The translations under genes and the position numbers were made by a program. DNA of 63,286 nt, the filler included, from Choristocarpus tenellus KU-1152 (lineage: Eukaryota > Protista > Phaeophyceae), in NCBI GenBank assembly GCA_964200185.2. It is 11 parts of 11 records of this genome, joined end to end, with 100 filler letters (N's around TTAATTAATTAA, not from the genome) between each part and the next. Parts side by side here need not be neighbours in the genome. Positions count along the whole stretch, not along the records: positions 1 to 2,715 come from CAXNAD020025360.1; positions 2,816 to 7,031 come from CAXNAD020015641.1; positions 7,132 to 10,628 come from CAXNAD020019631.1; positions 10,729 to 16,737 come from CAXNAD020009180.1; 7 more parts are not named here. One strand, 5' to 3'. The notes beneath the pieces were generated by a model. That model saw nothing but the letters and a program-made list of their open reading frames with translations. It had not been told where the DNA came from and ran no database searches. Below are positions 1-12,401 of this stretch, in pieces (position 1 is the first letter of the stretch; every line of letters starts with the position of its first letter).

Positions 1-463
1 GAGGGAGACGATGGGGTAGCAACTAGACTTCACTGCTAGATGCAGAGGGGTGTCCGCTCCTAGGAAAGTCTTTCGCTGGAGATCGGCTCCCTTTCTCAGG
101 AGAAGTTCTAGGGTCTCGATTTTTCCGCTGGCGCAGGCCTCGTGGACGGCCTGCGCATGGAACTCTTATCGTCATTTCTTGAGTATCGCAATGTCATTCC
201 TTTTTTGGTAGAGATCAAAGCTGAAGGACTCTACTGCGCAAAACATTGGAATGCGTTTGTTACACATACGTTAAATCCTGAAGGTGATTCACACTTTCGA
301 GGACAATGTTCAATCTGGAGTTACACACCGCGCGACCAGTGATGGGGCTCATCATGTCAATTGAAAGTCCACTAGATATTGCCTGTGCCACGATGGCATC
401 TTCTCCCTCTCGGCATGCCTTGTGCAATACCCTTAGTTCCTCTGGTTCGAAAGCTTCCTCCAT
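1..463 (-). CDS. Ankyrin-repeat protein, 5' part (exons 463-329 and 150-1; runs off window)
   Basis: ATG at 463. A GT..AG intron (328-151) joins MEEAF..LHKACREGEDAIVAQAISSGLSIDMMSPITGRA to AVHEACASGKIETLELLLRKGADLQRKTFLGADTPLHLAVKS, with canonical ankyrin TPLHLA/LLxxGAD motifs. Confidence 0.85.
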
Positions 464-564
464 AGTTGTGACTAAAATCAAAGTGTCAACTTACTACTAT
501 CAAGTACAAAGCTAACACCTGTTACTAGTAGTATCGTAAGAGCACAGACAAACTGGAATCGACA

Positions 565-2607
565 ATGGACAATGGTGATTCTTTATTTTCGACGGTGTTT
601 GTTCTTTTTTCTTCCCTCTTTTGAGAAGAAGTGACGGTTTCGAATTTCTACTTTGTTCTGTCTCTATCTTGCACACCCCCATATCCCCTCTATCTCAGAG
701 TAGTGTACGCTGAGAAGTCATCCATCTTGCGAGTGCCTCTCAGTGAGAATGTTCATATGGAAGCCCATACAATCGGTTTACCTGGGATGAATAAGAAGAA
801 GGTTGCTCACATCGCCTCTTTAGTGGCAAAGGAAAATTGGAGAACGACCAAACAACACAATGGTCAGGTCATGAAGTACCTGCACAGAAGGCATATTGTG
901 TGAGACCCTATGAAATACGCTGCAATGGACACTAAAATGCGTGCCTGCTCTAAAATATGTCCGTGAGTGAAGCAATAATTACTGATTCTTGCCAAACCTT
1001 GTCAGGAGATGAAATCAATAGAGTCCGTCAATGCGGGAAAGTACGATGTGCCGGTCACTGTGGCATATGTTCCGGTAAAGTCTACCGAGGCCGCCTTCTA
1101 CTTGTACCGCTCCGATGAGGCATCATATCTAGAAGCTTGTGATAGGCCTCATCTCCTCCGCGTACAACACACTCGCATATCGAAGCATTTGAAATTGAGG
1201 CCTGCGTATGTCCCCATGATCACTCATGGCATGGCCATGAAAGCCCAGGTGGGTTAGATAGGACGTCTACTAGCTATTGACAGAGGACGAATATCCACGA
1301 TGTGACGTAGTGCCTATCACAGCTGCTTGTCGATGCATGTGGACAGTCGAAAACGCCCTGGAGCTAGAGTTCTCTTGAAATTACCTGAATCAAGAAGTGG
1401 TAAATTTATTGTATTCATGAAGGTCTTCTCGCTTGAACCCACTTTTCAAGTCTGACCTGGAAGTCCCTGTCCCTGGGTTGATATTCTAAGAGATGTGACC
1501 TTTTGTCGAAGCTTCAAGATGCCGAGGTTCATCGCGGGCACGTAATTGGGGAGCTGGAAGTTGTGAGGGACAAGCTGGCTGCCAGACAATTCGCCTTTGA
1601 GGGGTTGTGTGTTTCATGGGGGGACTGGTGCAAGGCTAGGGGATACCAACCAGCACAAAGGTTTGCACAAGCAATAACTTTACATTAGAACGTGACCACA
1701 GCTTCCTTGGTCCTTCTTCTAGTTCTGAGCTCTATACTGCGGCTGGTCGGATGTGAACGTAACGCGCATACGGTTTTGTGTTGTGGTACATTCACAGATA
1801 TTTCCTGTGATATTTGTTAATTGGTGCTTGTTCTTCTTTTTTATGAGAAGGGCGCAAAGAAGGGCATACAGGTATCATCTGCCTCTTGCATCGTCAGGGA
1901 AAATACCTCATTGATTTGTTCTCAAGCAGGGTGTTCACCAACCAAAGTAGGTACATTTGTGGGCCGAGGTATACTCCAGCCCATCCTGCACTTCAATCCA
2001 ATCTAACCAAGTTTTTTGCTGAGTTTAATGCTATATCGAAGCAGAATATCTGTTGGTGAGGACTCTATGTCTTAGCTTATACACACTTGAGTTAAAAAGA
2101 ATCAGTGATCGTCCTAGCTTATAAACCTATTTTACTTGCATTATGAACAACCAAAGGCTAGCATGTTTTGTCCTCAACACTCTCGGTAGTTGTTGCTGCT
2201 GAAGAAGGGCGTGCCATTAGCCACATGATCCAATACACCCAACAACCCTTCAGCCATCTACCCTCCTGCTTATTTAATTATTTTTCTCTCAACCTGGATT
2301 GATTGGTAGTCCTCTCCAGGCTGCTCTTTCTGACAGTGCTGGAAAGATGCTCTTCAGAAAATTCCTAGAGGAAACAGCACTGAAATTGCTGGGTAGTGGA
2401 CACAACCTAGCACAATTCTGGCTTGCTCTAGATTCATTGGTTACAATGGATGGAGGGACAGAGGGCAATGGAGCATTAACTGTACAAGAGACAATTAACT
2501 TTCACCACCGGTGGTTGAGAAAAAATGGAGACAATAGCGAGTTTGGTGGCATCATGTTCAACACTGACTCGCTGATAGAAGCTATCGAACTGACTACTAC
2601 AACAGAG
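565..2607 (+). CDS. Multi-exon gene with RGS-like domain, truncated at contig end
   Basis: Exon-like ORFs at about 700-867, 1007-1248, 1518-1633 and 2320-2607. The last reads LSDSAGKMLFRKFLEE...HNLAQFWLAL, resembling the RGS LxxxxGxxxFxxFL...NLxFWL pattern. Start and some junctions are uncertain. Confidence 0.55.
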
Positions 2608-2693
2608 GTGCGAGAGAGAAACAACCTGCCACTACTGGAATCTACTCATTGCTAAAATAGCTCATGCATTTTCATTGACACTATTGTGTTGTT

Positions 2694-2715
2694 GGGTCAA
2701 AGTATCTGGGGGGGG
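2694..2715. mobile_element. Terminus of MITE family 2 at contig end
   Basis: GGGTCAAAGTATCTGGGGGGGG matches the TIR of the 61863-62042 element. Confidence 0.65.
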
Positions 2716-2815
2716 NNNNNNNNNNNNNNNNNNNNNNNNNNNNNNNNNNNNNNNNNNNNTTAATTAATTAANNNNNNNNNNNNNNNNNNNNNNNNNNNNN
2801 NNNNNNNNNNNNNNN
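2716..2815. other. Artificial contig-joining spacer
   Basis: N44-TTAATTAATTAA-N44, with stops in all six frames. Confidence 0.97.
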
Positions 2816-3745
2816 ATACTTCTCATACAAACAACCTATGTGTATGTGCCTACACGGGTGTGTAGGGGACATGGGAATGGGGGGGGGGGGGAATGAGCTA
2901 AATGAATCAGACAAAATAAACAGAACCAAACAAGTATTCAATACCCCCCCAAAAGGTAGTTATCAAAAACACCTCTACTCACACAACTGTTACACAATTT
3001 CATCATTATCAATATTGTTATTATTTCCATCCCTACAGATCACACCCCAACCCAGCAAAATCCAAATCCAACTCCAAGTCTCAGACCAATACACATAAGA
3101 AGACTTGCCAGAGGGATAGCCCCCCCCCATCACTCCTTTCCTACTACTTCCCAAGCCCATGCTCAAGCCTCCGTTTGACAACAGCTCAAGACTTTGAAAG
3201 TAACCTCAAGACACAATTCCCCTCCTTCCCACTAACCTGAAGAAAGCGGAATATGGAGGCGTGCATGTTGTGTTCACAGTATGTGTACCGCCTCTCATAT
3301 GATGACATCACCTAAGCATAAATTTAATTAATTTTATAGCATAAATTTAATTCATTTATAGTTTGAACCACAAGGCAAAGGCCACAGTCCACAGACTTTT
3401 CATTGAGAAAGTTATCATTGGGAGGGGGGGGAAGGAAAGGAAGGGGAGGGTGATCAAGAGGAATAGAGCTATGAGGTAGCATTTTCTGCCAACAAGTAGG
3501 ATCACCACATCATATGGGGAGGTACAAAATACACAATAGTACATCTTGAATACAGCATCTTTGGCGGTAAATCCTGGGGAGGGGGAGGGGGAGGGGGGGG
3601 GGGGGGGGGGGGGGTGCGGGTTGAATGTAACAGACGGCATAGCCCAACAAGCAGCCGAGCTTCCCCACCTCCNNNNNNNNNNGTAGTGGTGGGGGAATGG
3701 GTAGGAGTTTTGAGGTTGAGAGATGTGGTGGTTGTGTGTTCGGTG

Positions 3746-3792
<47 letters not shown>

Positions 3793-4805
3793 GCTAATTG
3801 AAGATTTCTGAAGCAAATGCCTGAGACAAGAGCTCAACATCATGCTCCCTGGGCAGCAACATGTATGAATCCTTCATTAACACATTACTATAAAGACAAA
3901 ACAACCTCTCACAGTGCAACATGCATGTTCACATCTTCAATACATACACAGGCACCAAAATGGAAGCACATCATAGCTTTGAAAACACACACAAATTTGC
4001 ACCTCGAATGATTGTAATCAAGATGGTCTATAGATTGTAACCAAGATGGTCTATATTATAGGAGCAGCATGCTTTGTGTGCAGCAATGATTGAACATAAA
4101 AAATAAAAAGAGACTAAAAAAAAGTGCGATAATTAAGATGAGTGCATGCCCTACAAGCTTCTTTGAAAATGTACATTTTGGTGAAAAGAAAGCTCAACAT
4201 ATCCAACCCACAACCCACAGAGGCTACAAAATGAGTGCCTAGGGATGCACACACACACACACACACACACCAAGAGGGGAGAGGGAGGTGGTGGGTAGAC
4301 AAAGTACCAAGTAAAACAACAGTGCACACTCAAAAGAAAAAGAAATAGGGGGGCGGTTCCAAAGCAGGAAAGTAACGATAACCCTTCACACACACCTCTA
4401 ACAATATGAAACTTGTGTACTGATAACATAGTACTAATAATAATAATTACTATTATTACCACCTTCAATTATTCAAATATTCTGGGGACTAGCCCGGCCT
4501 GTAGTCAGAGGAGCTACACAATAGTGTACTTGTCCTACTGACTATTCATACTAAATACTAAATACTCTAAATAAAATAAAGATTTTTCACTACGAAAGAT
4601 TGTCACTGACTTTTCCATGTGTCTACCTTGATTGTTTCACATTTTGTTCATCCATTGCTCATCCATGAAACCACATTACACTCTACTAAGCAAGCGGGTA
4701 CTGGCACAATACAAAAACAAACACCCTACAACCCCCCCCCCCAAAATGGATTCTCAGAATTAGGTATTCCTATGGGGTGATGAGCAACACAATCCTTAGT
4801 CACAC

Positions 4806-6513
4806 CTGTTTAATGAGCCAGCCCGCTCCCTCTGCCTCTGGATCTGAAGGCCAAGTCAAGCATATACTGAAGTTAATCTGGCAAGCTCTTGCAAAGCAGG
4901 CAGTCGTACGAGCAGCAAACGCCAACCCCGTGTTGAAGCCATGAAGGACCACTAGGGCTTCTTCTGAGGGGTGCTTTGCCAAGAGCATCAGTGCCTTGTA
5001 TATACATATATATACATAAAACAATGGTGGTGTATGTAACACACCATAGGCACCATCAAGAGAGAGTCGTGACGTAGTAAGGTGGTTAAAGTGTAAGAAT
5101 TTTCTCCGATGGGAGGATGCAGTGGTGATATTGTGACTGCCGACACGGCGGTGATATTGGTGATATTATGTAAGGACTATAAGAGGCGGGCAGAGTGTCC
5201 ATTCAAAAAGAACCTCATATAGTCAATTCAAAAAAAGAGATGCAGGGAAGGTGTAAGTTCAGCATTAGAAATCTTCCTCGGCTAACCTTGTACACAAAAC
5301 CTGAGTCAAATAACAAGCTACTTTCTACCTAACCCCACCTGTAACTCCTCACAAAAACCAGATTTCCCAAAAAAAATTACAACTACTTCCCATTCCTATT
5401 CCTTATACTTCAAGGCGTACCTGATAATTAGTACTGTACCTGATAACTAGTCTCTCTTGGGCTGTTTTGCATTTCATTTCAAGGGTTAAGATCCATCGAC
5501 TCCCTTCACCAATACCTTCATCAATACTAGTCATTGTACATTGGACCTGGTTGGGTACCGGGTACCCCTGTGGAGTACCTCAACCTGCCTTGGATGCACA
5601 AAGGCAGGCAGGGGAGGCAACCCTCAAGGGGGAGTCTTGGAAATGGGATGAGAACAAGAACTCCAGAGCCTTCCTTTCTATATGCTGGAATATATAAACT
5701 TAGGTATAAAAAAGGGTGTGTCCTCTAACATATGTATCAATGTGTTGCTGAATATGTAGAAAGAATTGCAATAACCCTTGAATAGTTGCATTAAATTAAC
5801 AAAAAATAGCAGAACTTCTTTTTTCGTTAATTTAATGACCCTGAACACACCAAGAAAAATAAAATTATACAAAAATCTGACACAACACAACAAACGCAAT
5901 GCAAGCACACACAAAACACACCCAATCATACAGGTTTATATATACTAACAGTATACCCAATCACACAGGTTTATACTAATAGTACACCCAATCACACAGG
6001 TTCATGCAAATAGCACCCCAATACTATACTCACCTCCTCCTGTGTGAGATGATACATCCCAATGACATGCAGCTCATTAATGTTGAGGAACATACCATGC
6101 CCCAACAATGGCATTTTTGCAGGCACTGCAGTAGTACCAAGCAACCACTTGGGAGCTGGGTCATCAGAGAGTTTGTTTGTGTATCTATTGGTGGCGGCAG
6201 TGGAGAGTATCAGAGAGTTAGGGTTAGGGTCACAGGTAGGTTTCTATTGTATGGCTCATAGTTGTAACATATGGGATGGCTGGGTTTGATGCCCTCAATC
6301 TGTACCCAAAGCTCTAACCCTTTCATGGACTTGTATTCAATTCAAATCAAATCCTATCAATGCGTTCGTTCACTCTCAGCAACACAAAACCAAAGGGGAA
6401 GGGATGGAAGGGGGGGGGGGGGAGGGGGGGGGAAACCCCGTAGAACAACTTAGATCATTCCGAGAACAACCTGATCACACCNNNNNNNNNNCCAAAACCA
6501 AGGAGACAGCAGG

Positions 6514-6561
<48 letters not shown>

Positions 6562-6950
6562 AACCTCCTTGACTAACTTTGATCTGTCCGTGAGCATACT
6601 AGCTGTACCATTATTTGCATAAAATATGAAAAAAAAACACTCCTACTCTAATAGAAACAACACAAAAAAAAGTTGAAAAAACAAGGCACAAGTTGAGGAG
6701 AGGACAACCTCAGGGAAAAAACCCCCATAAAAAACAGCTTACCGATACTCCCCTTCCTCATTCCTTTCCAGAGTTCTATTGGTGGCTATAATGGTAGACA
6801 CTAGCTTCACGTCTGGATAGTCCTGTTCTGGGGAATTGTGAGACAGTGGTGGACGGCATAGCTGTACAAACAGGGGATACACCTCTGCACAGTTCAGTGC
6901 AGAAACTGCATCGTCATACGTGAGACCCTCCTTCGCCGCAGAGACCAGGC
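4806..6950 (-). CDS. Exons of an unidentified protein (about 6950-6743, 6125-6034, 4994-4806)
   Basis: Stop-free segments bounded by AG/GT, e.g. ALMLLAKHPSEEALVVLHGFNTGLAFAAR..WLIKQ|gt. Family not recognised; additional exons likely. Confidence 0.45.
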
Positions 6951-7031
6951 CACCGGAGGGGGGGGGGGGGGGGGGCATGTCGATATTTAACAAAAATTTT
7001 TTTTTTTTTTTGTGGGTTGCTGAGGAACTAG

Positions 7032-7131
7032 NNNNNNNNNNNNNNNNNNNNNNNNNNNNNNNNNNNNNNNNNNNNTTAATTAATTAANNNNNNNNNNNNN
7101 NNNNNNNNNNNNNNNNNNNNNNNNNNNNNNN
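7032..7131. other. Artificial contig-joining spacer
   Basis: N44-TTAATTAATTAA-N44. Confidence 0.97.
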
Positions 7132-7193
7132 AATTTTGGGTCTAGCCCATCCTCAATGAAAAGCTCCATCCTCAATTTTTGAAATCGACTGTT
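7132..7193. repeat. Dispersed repeat, reverse-complement copy of about 21194-21253
   Basis: AATTTTGGGTCTAGCCCATCCTCAATGAAAAGCTCCATCCTCAATTTTTGAAATCG is near-identical to the reverse complement of the 21.2-kb copy. Confidence 0.75.
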
Positions 7194-7269
7194 ATATAAT
7201 GATACGATACGCATATACATTCATTCTTTGTAACTCTGGTCGAGACAGTATCTCACTATGCAAATATTG

Positions 7270-7309
7270 GTTAGGGTTAGGGTTAGATTTGGGGTTAGGG
7301 TTAGGGTTA
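7270..7309 (+). repeat. Short interstitial TTAGGG tract
   Basis: GTTAGGGTTAGGGTTAGATTTGGGGTTAGGGTTAGGGTTA; shorter runs near 6218, 16612 and 36678. Confidence 0.6.
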
Positions 7310-7624
7310 TGTAACTGGGAAAAAATATAACTACGTCACAAGGACTACTATGGTGAATATTCCAGATATCATCAATCCTAAAATACCTCACTAAAAAGTG
7401 TTACGAGGTGGGGTAGGTATAATTACATATTAGTTTAGATTTCGGTGAGATTTTAGGATAAGCTGAACACGGAGGGGTCTGTTGGATTCTTGGGATGCTT
7501 CCCTAGCTCTCCCCCCCGGGGCACAGGAGTAGGTAGATGGGAAGCTAAGGAAGACAGTAGTATAATATTTGATAGTGATGAAGTAACTGATTAGTGGTTT
7601 CCACACTTACAATGTCTTATTGTC

Positions 7625-7733
7625 GTTTAGGATATTTTATTTCTTTATGGCTAATAACGACCTATATATATATAGTTTTCATTGGTTTCCCCCTGACACA
7701 TCTGCAAAATGTCAGAGGGTATAATAATAAAAT
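7625..7733 (+). mobile_element. 3' end of SINE/LINE-like retroposon (stem-loop plus TAA tail)
   Basis: ...CCCTGACACATCTGCAAAATGTCAGAGGGTATAATAATAA. Copies at 33598-33692, about 18095-18133, 18255-18310 (minus) and 19450-19486. Confidence 0.65.
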
Positions 7734-10611
7734 AATCTGAACTATAGGAAATGGATTTTTGGAACACTCTCACAAAAGATGGTGAAAATGTAACACGATG
7801 TTGTGTGGTATTGTTACACATAGCCTTCCTTCACAACACACCAGTGAGCCAAATAAAATAGAGGAAGCAATATTACTTCTAGAAGTTCAACTTGTAAAAA
7901 ACTTCGTCAGAGAAGTTCTTCCTCCATTAATTATGATGCTCATAAACATTTTAAGGATAATGTTTTATGGAGTCTTTCTACATCATAGTGTGTTGTGTAC
8001 AATGTTGACTCTATAACAAGAGTAGTCACATAAGGTCAAAATCTCTCCATGTCCAATCTTGAGTTTTTCTCTTTCTTCTTTAATATATCAACACTTTCTA
8101 TTTTGTAATTTCTCAACCATTTATTGTGTTATTGCTAATGGATGAATCAGAAAACCTTTCGACCATGGGTTTGGACCCGTAAAGAATAATGAAGAGGAAA
8201 TAATTGAGGCCCCAAAGGTTTTTCCTTTTGTGGGCTCTTATGTTCTATTCAACAATTATAGTAAGAATATTACCAAATTGGAACCAACATTTCGAAATTC
8301 GAAAGTTGAAACATGTAACATGTGATTTGTGGTGAAATAGTTACCACCAATCAGCCGACCATCACAATGATCTCTTATAAGTTAGATCACACTCAACGCA
8401 AGTAATGCACCCAAGATACATAGGAATACCCATTAAGGGAGAGGTCGCTCGCTTCACTGTCGGTCTCTCCCTAGCGCTCTAAACACCAAAGATCATGTGT
8501 GGTCGAGCTGCAGGATTGAACTTGTTGAGATTCTATCCTAGCCTTCTATCTAGCAGCAGACGAGTTCAAAACAAGCAAATGCCACTACAAAAGATCACGC
8601 AAGGTCAGGTACACCTCCGAGGGCACCGAGGTGCTCGACGCTACGCGCACTGACTGAGCTACGAGATACGATGAACAAAACAGGAGAAGGCTACATTATA
8701 GAATCGCACTAATTTGTACCTTCTCAGATTAGCTAGACTCTGGTTTGGTGAACCTCTCTCTCTATCAATGGTGGCAAGGTTAAGCTGCAGCAAGTACATG
8801 GAAGTGCTTTAAGCAACTCACCTAATACTCCTTCCCATCATTCTTGGTGAAGGCTCAAATTCCCCACTATTGCACAAGTCCGTGCTGATGGCTTTGCTTA
8901 GAGTCAGGGGCCAACACCACTCGGAAAACCGCCAAGAGAGTTGAAGACAGAGAGTCCGGAAGAGGCCTTCGGTTGTCGTGTGTTTGAACAATATAGGTTG
9001 GATGAAACACCCTGTCAGCGCATAGATACTATTGAAGACAGGGGCGCATCTCTTGCAGACCGTCTTGTCCAAAGCAAAGACGACGCACAAACTCTACAGG
9101 TTTAGGTGTTGCGACGTTCTCTGACTTCGCATCTGACTACCCTATGTTGTGATATATTGTCTCGGCATCATAGGAACTAGTTTTGATCTAAAAAAATGGA
9201 CGCAGCGGTGGGTCTTCGGCGATTGTTCTCAAAACCTCCGACAAAAACTACATAACTGAGATTAAATATATGTACATATTTGCCATGACGTATGAAATGT
9301 CCCACTATATGTATGATAATACTCCTATGATACGCAGTACTATTAATGAGTAAAAGTTCTGGAGATGTAGGCATGTTTTGACCCATTTCTACATTCTAAG
9401 TAATTCCTGCAACGCAGGAGCAACACACTCCATTCTGTTGCTCTATATGCAAAAGATCCCTGTGTCCACAAAACTGATTTCCCACCATTCCACAAACAAG
9501 ATGATACCACAGTTCAGCAGATCCTTTCCGGAATTGTACAAAAATATTTTTATTTTACATTTCTGGGGATCCTTCAAATGCAACATTACCTAATTCTCGA
9601 TTGCTGCTTTGGCTCAATATTAAGAGGATATATTGTTTGTTTATGCCTATGGACACCTATCACGATATCTTGGCACATAGCCAAAGGTATTTCTGGATGA
9701 GCTGGTGACTCACACTGTAGGAGGTATGGGGTTGGAGGGTTTGAGCAGAGAAGGAACGGGAAAACTGCTTTCAAGGTCGATAATGTCGGGCACTGCTCGA
9801 TTGGCCATCTCCAGAAGAGATTTAGGTCTTAATTCAGACTCCAGTCAATAGGCTAGGAGAGGCTTGACAGATTCGTGGGATTCTTCCCTTAATTCTCACC
9901 CGCCACATAGGATCAGTCTAGGAGTGTTTCCTTTTGTTGTTTTCTTGTCCATAGGTTTACATACAACACCTATGTGGTTGGTGTGCCGATGTAGTAGTCC
10001 CTTCTTTGGTATGTTTATTTTTTTCTTAACATGCCCTGTCCTCTTCTCCTTTCTCTGTTGTGCTATATTATGTTTTGTTGCCTTCTCCCCTTCAAATATT
10101 TATTTTTTAACGGAAATCCCAACATCTTAGAGGATAATAGCTTGTATATCTGGAAAATATTGTTAGCGGGAATAATAGTGATGGAAATAGTACTAGATTG
10201 CACAAATATACGACTGTACAAACAAAGTTCGATTTCACCTACGCATGTATATGCTCGAGAGTTCACCTTCCCGATTTAATATTTTATAAACATATCTATT
10301 TCAATTTGCAAAGTGGGGAGTGGGGGAGAAAAAGTGAAGCAAAAACATTTTATGGAGCTTGAGCTCCAGTACAAGGAGCACCCCTCCTGCTTAGTGAGTC
10401 ACCGCATGTTTTGGAATACATTTTAAGAATGACTGACCCAACTGCCCTCAGATGTTACTGTGGAAGACTGGAAGACTTGCTAGCACCTTTGCTTCATGCC
10501 CACTGATATTCTTGTATACATTCTCTAGGGGGGGGGAAAGGAGCACACAAGCAGTGCAGTATCAAAGTTGTACTCAACATAGTATCAATCAGGAAACTAG
10601 GATCAACTTCA

Positions 10612-10628
10612 GGGTCAAAGTATCTGGG
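10612..10628. mobile_element. Terminus of MITE family 2 at contig end
   Basis: GGGTCAAAGTATCTGGG. Confidence 0.6.
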
Positions 10629-10728
10629 NNNNNNNNNNNNNNNNNNNNNNNNNNNNNNNNNNNNNNNNNNNNTTAATTAATTAANNNNNNNNNNNNNNNN
10701 NNNNNNNNNNNNNNNNNNNNNNNNNNNN
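10629..10728. other. Artificial contig-joining spacer
   Basis: N44-TTAATTAATTAA-N44. Confidence 0.97.
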
Positions 10729-12319
10729 GTCACCACTGCTATCATCCTCCTCGTCGCTATTTTCGTCCGTCCTCGCTGCCCTGCGCTGTCGACCACTACC
10801 CCCCCCAACTCGGGCCCCAGCCCTATCCCTTCTCAACGCAGCAGCGGTGGCACCCCTGCCCCCCGCCCCCTTTCTCCTGCTGCGGGCTAGCGAGGAGAAC
10901 GTCGAATCACTGTCCGAGACCAAGCCTTCCGAGACATCCTCTTCTCCCCCACTGAGACCATCCTCCTCGCCCTCCTCCTCCTCACCCTCATCGTCCCCGC
11001 CATCGCTGCTGTCCCCATATTCAGCAGGGCAGGAAGATCTGCGAGAGGAACCGCGCCCAGATCGATGGTATGGTATGGCCTGAGGTGACGAACGCTTGCG
11101 CTTGCTCCCCTTGCTCACCTCCGCTTGCTGCACACTCTGTGGACTGTGTGCCTTCAAAAAGGCAGGCTTCCGAGAATTACAGACAACACATTTGTCCATC
11201 TCAACAGCGTTCATCAACGTGCACGTTGGACACTCCCAACTACTCCCATCTCCTCCAGAAACGCCTGGAACCTTCTGCCGACCGCCTCCCTGTGCGCCTC
11301 TACTCTCATCGCGCCCCCTCCCCCCCCCTTTCCCGTGATCAGTGCGTCCCGGCCGATCACTCCTCCTGGGGCTCCCTGCCCCCCCAACTCCGCCCTCGTC
11401 CTCCCCCTCCTCTTCCTCTTCCTCTTCCTCCTCCTCTTCTTCTTCCTCCTCTTCCTCCTCCTCCTCTTCATCCTCATCCTCCTCCCAAGACCCAGGGGAG
11501 AAGTCTCCAGAACGTTCCCCCCTGCCTTTACCCCGCCTCTCTCTCTCTCGACCCCTACGGCGAGGTGCCCTTGTTGTCTGCCCTTCAGCTGCCCTGCTTG
11601 TTCTTGTCTGCCGACCCTTTGGCTTGGGTGCAGGCGCCAACATTGCATGTTCTACACTGCGTGTCATCCTTCGCCCGCTGGCCCCTGCCCCACCCCCAGC
11701 ACTTCCACTACTTCCTCGGGTCCTACGCTGCCCTGGGACATCCTCAAGCATTACTTGATTCCCACTCCGTAGGCGAACACTGCGCTGGGCAGCTGAAGAC
11801 ACCTGCTTGTTTGCGCAACGTAACAGTTACAGTTACAGGCACTTTGTGTGAAAGGTAACACTTAGAGTAAAGGTCTTCACTTTCAGCTGTGTGTGTTCTT
11901 CACTGGAAGGACTACCATAGGAAATACAGGCACACAGACACTGTGGAGTCCTATTTAAGACAACAAACACTAACACTGTGGAGTCCTATTTAAGGGCTCG
12001 GGTTGGTCACTGGAAACACCACTTTACGTAGTAGGGTTAGGGTGAGGTAGAGCTCCAGGAAATACTGTCTCTTAAGGAGGCGAAGGAGCAAATCCTTGCA
12101 AAACAGGACATACATACCAAAAACACAAAAATGCCAGTTATTATGAACAATAAAAATAAAAACGTAGAAAGCTTCATACCCTCACTTGGCACCCTTAAAA
12201 CCAACAACACAACCGCTCAAACAGACATGGAATCTCTCTCCATTACCCTAACCATTACACACAAAACTTCCAAAATGGAAACACAAAATTATAAAGGGCA
12301 AACTACTGCACCAAAGACA

Positions 12320-12401
<82 letters not shown>

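Noticed and set aside
7270-7309. Chromosome end
   Set aside because: The TTAGGG tract is short, interrupted and internal to the contig.
8450-9850. Scattered minus-strand exon-like pieces
   Set aside because: No recognisable domain and no consistent gene model.
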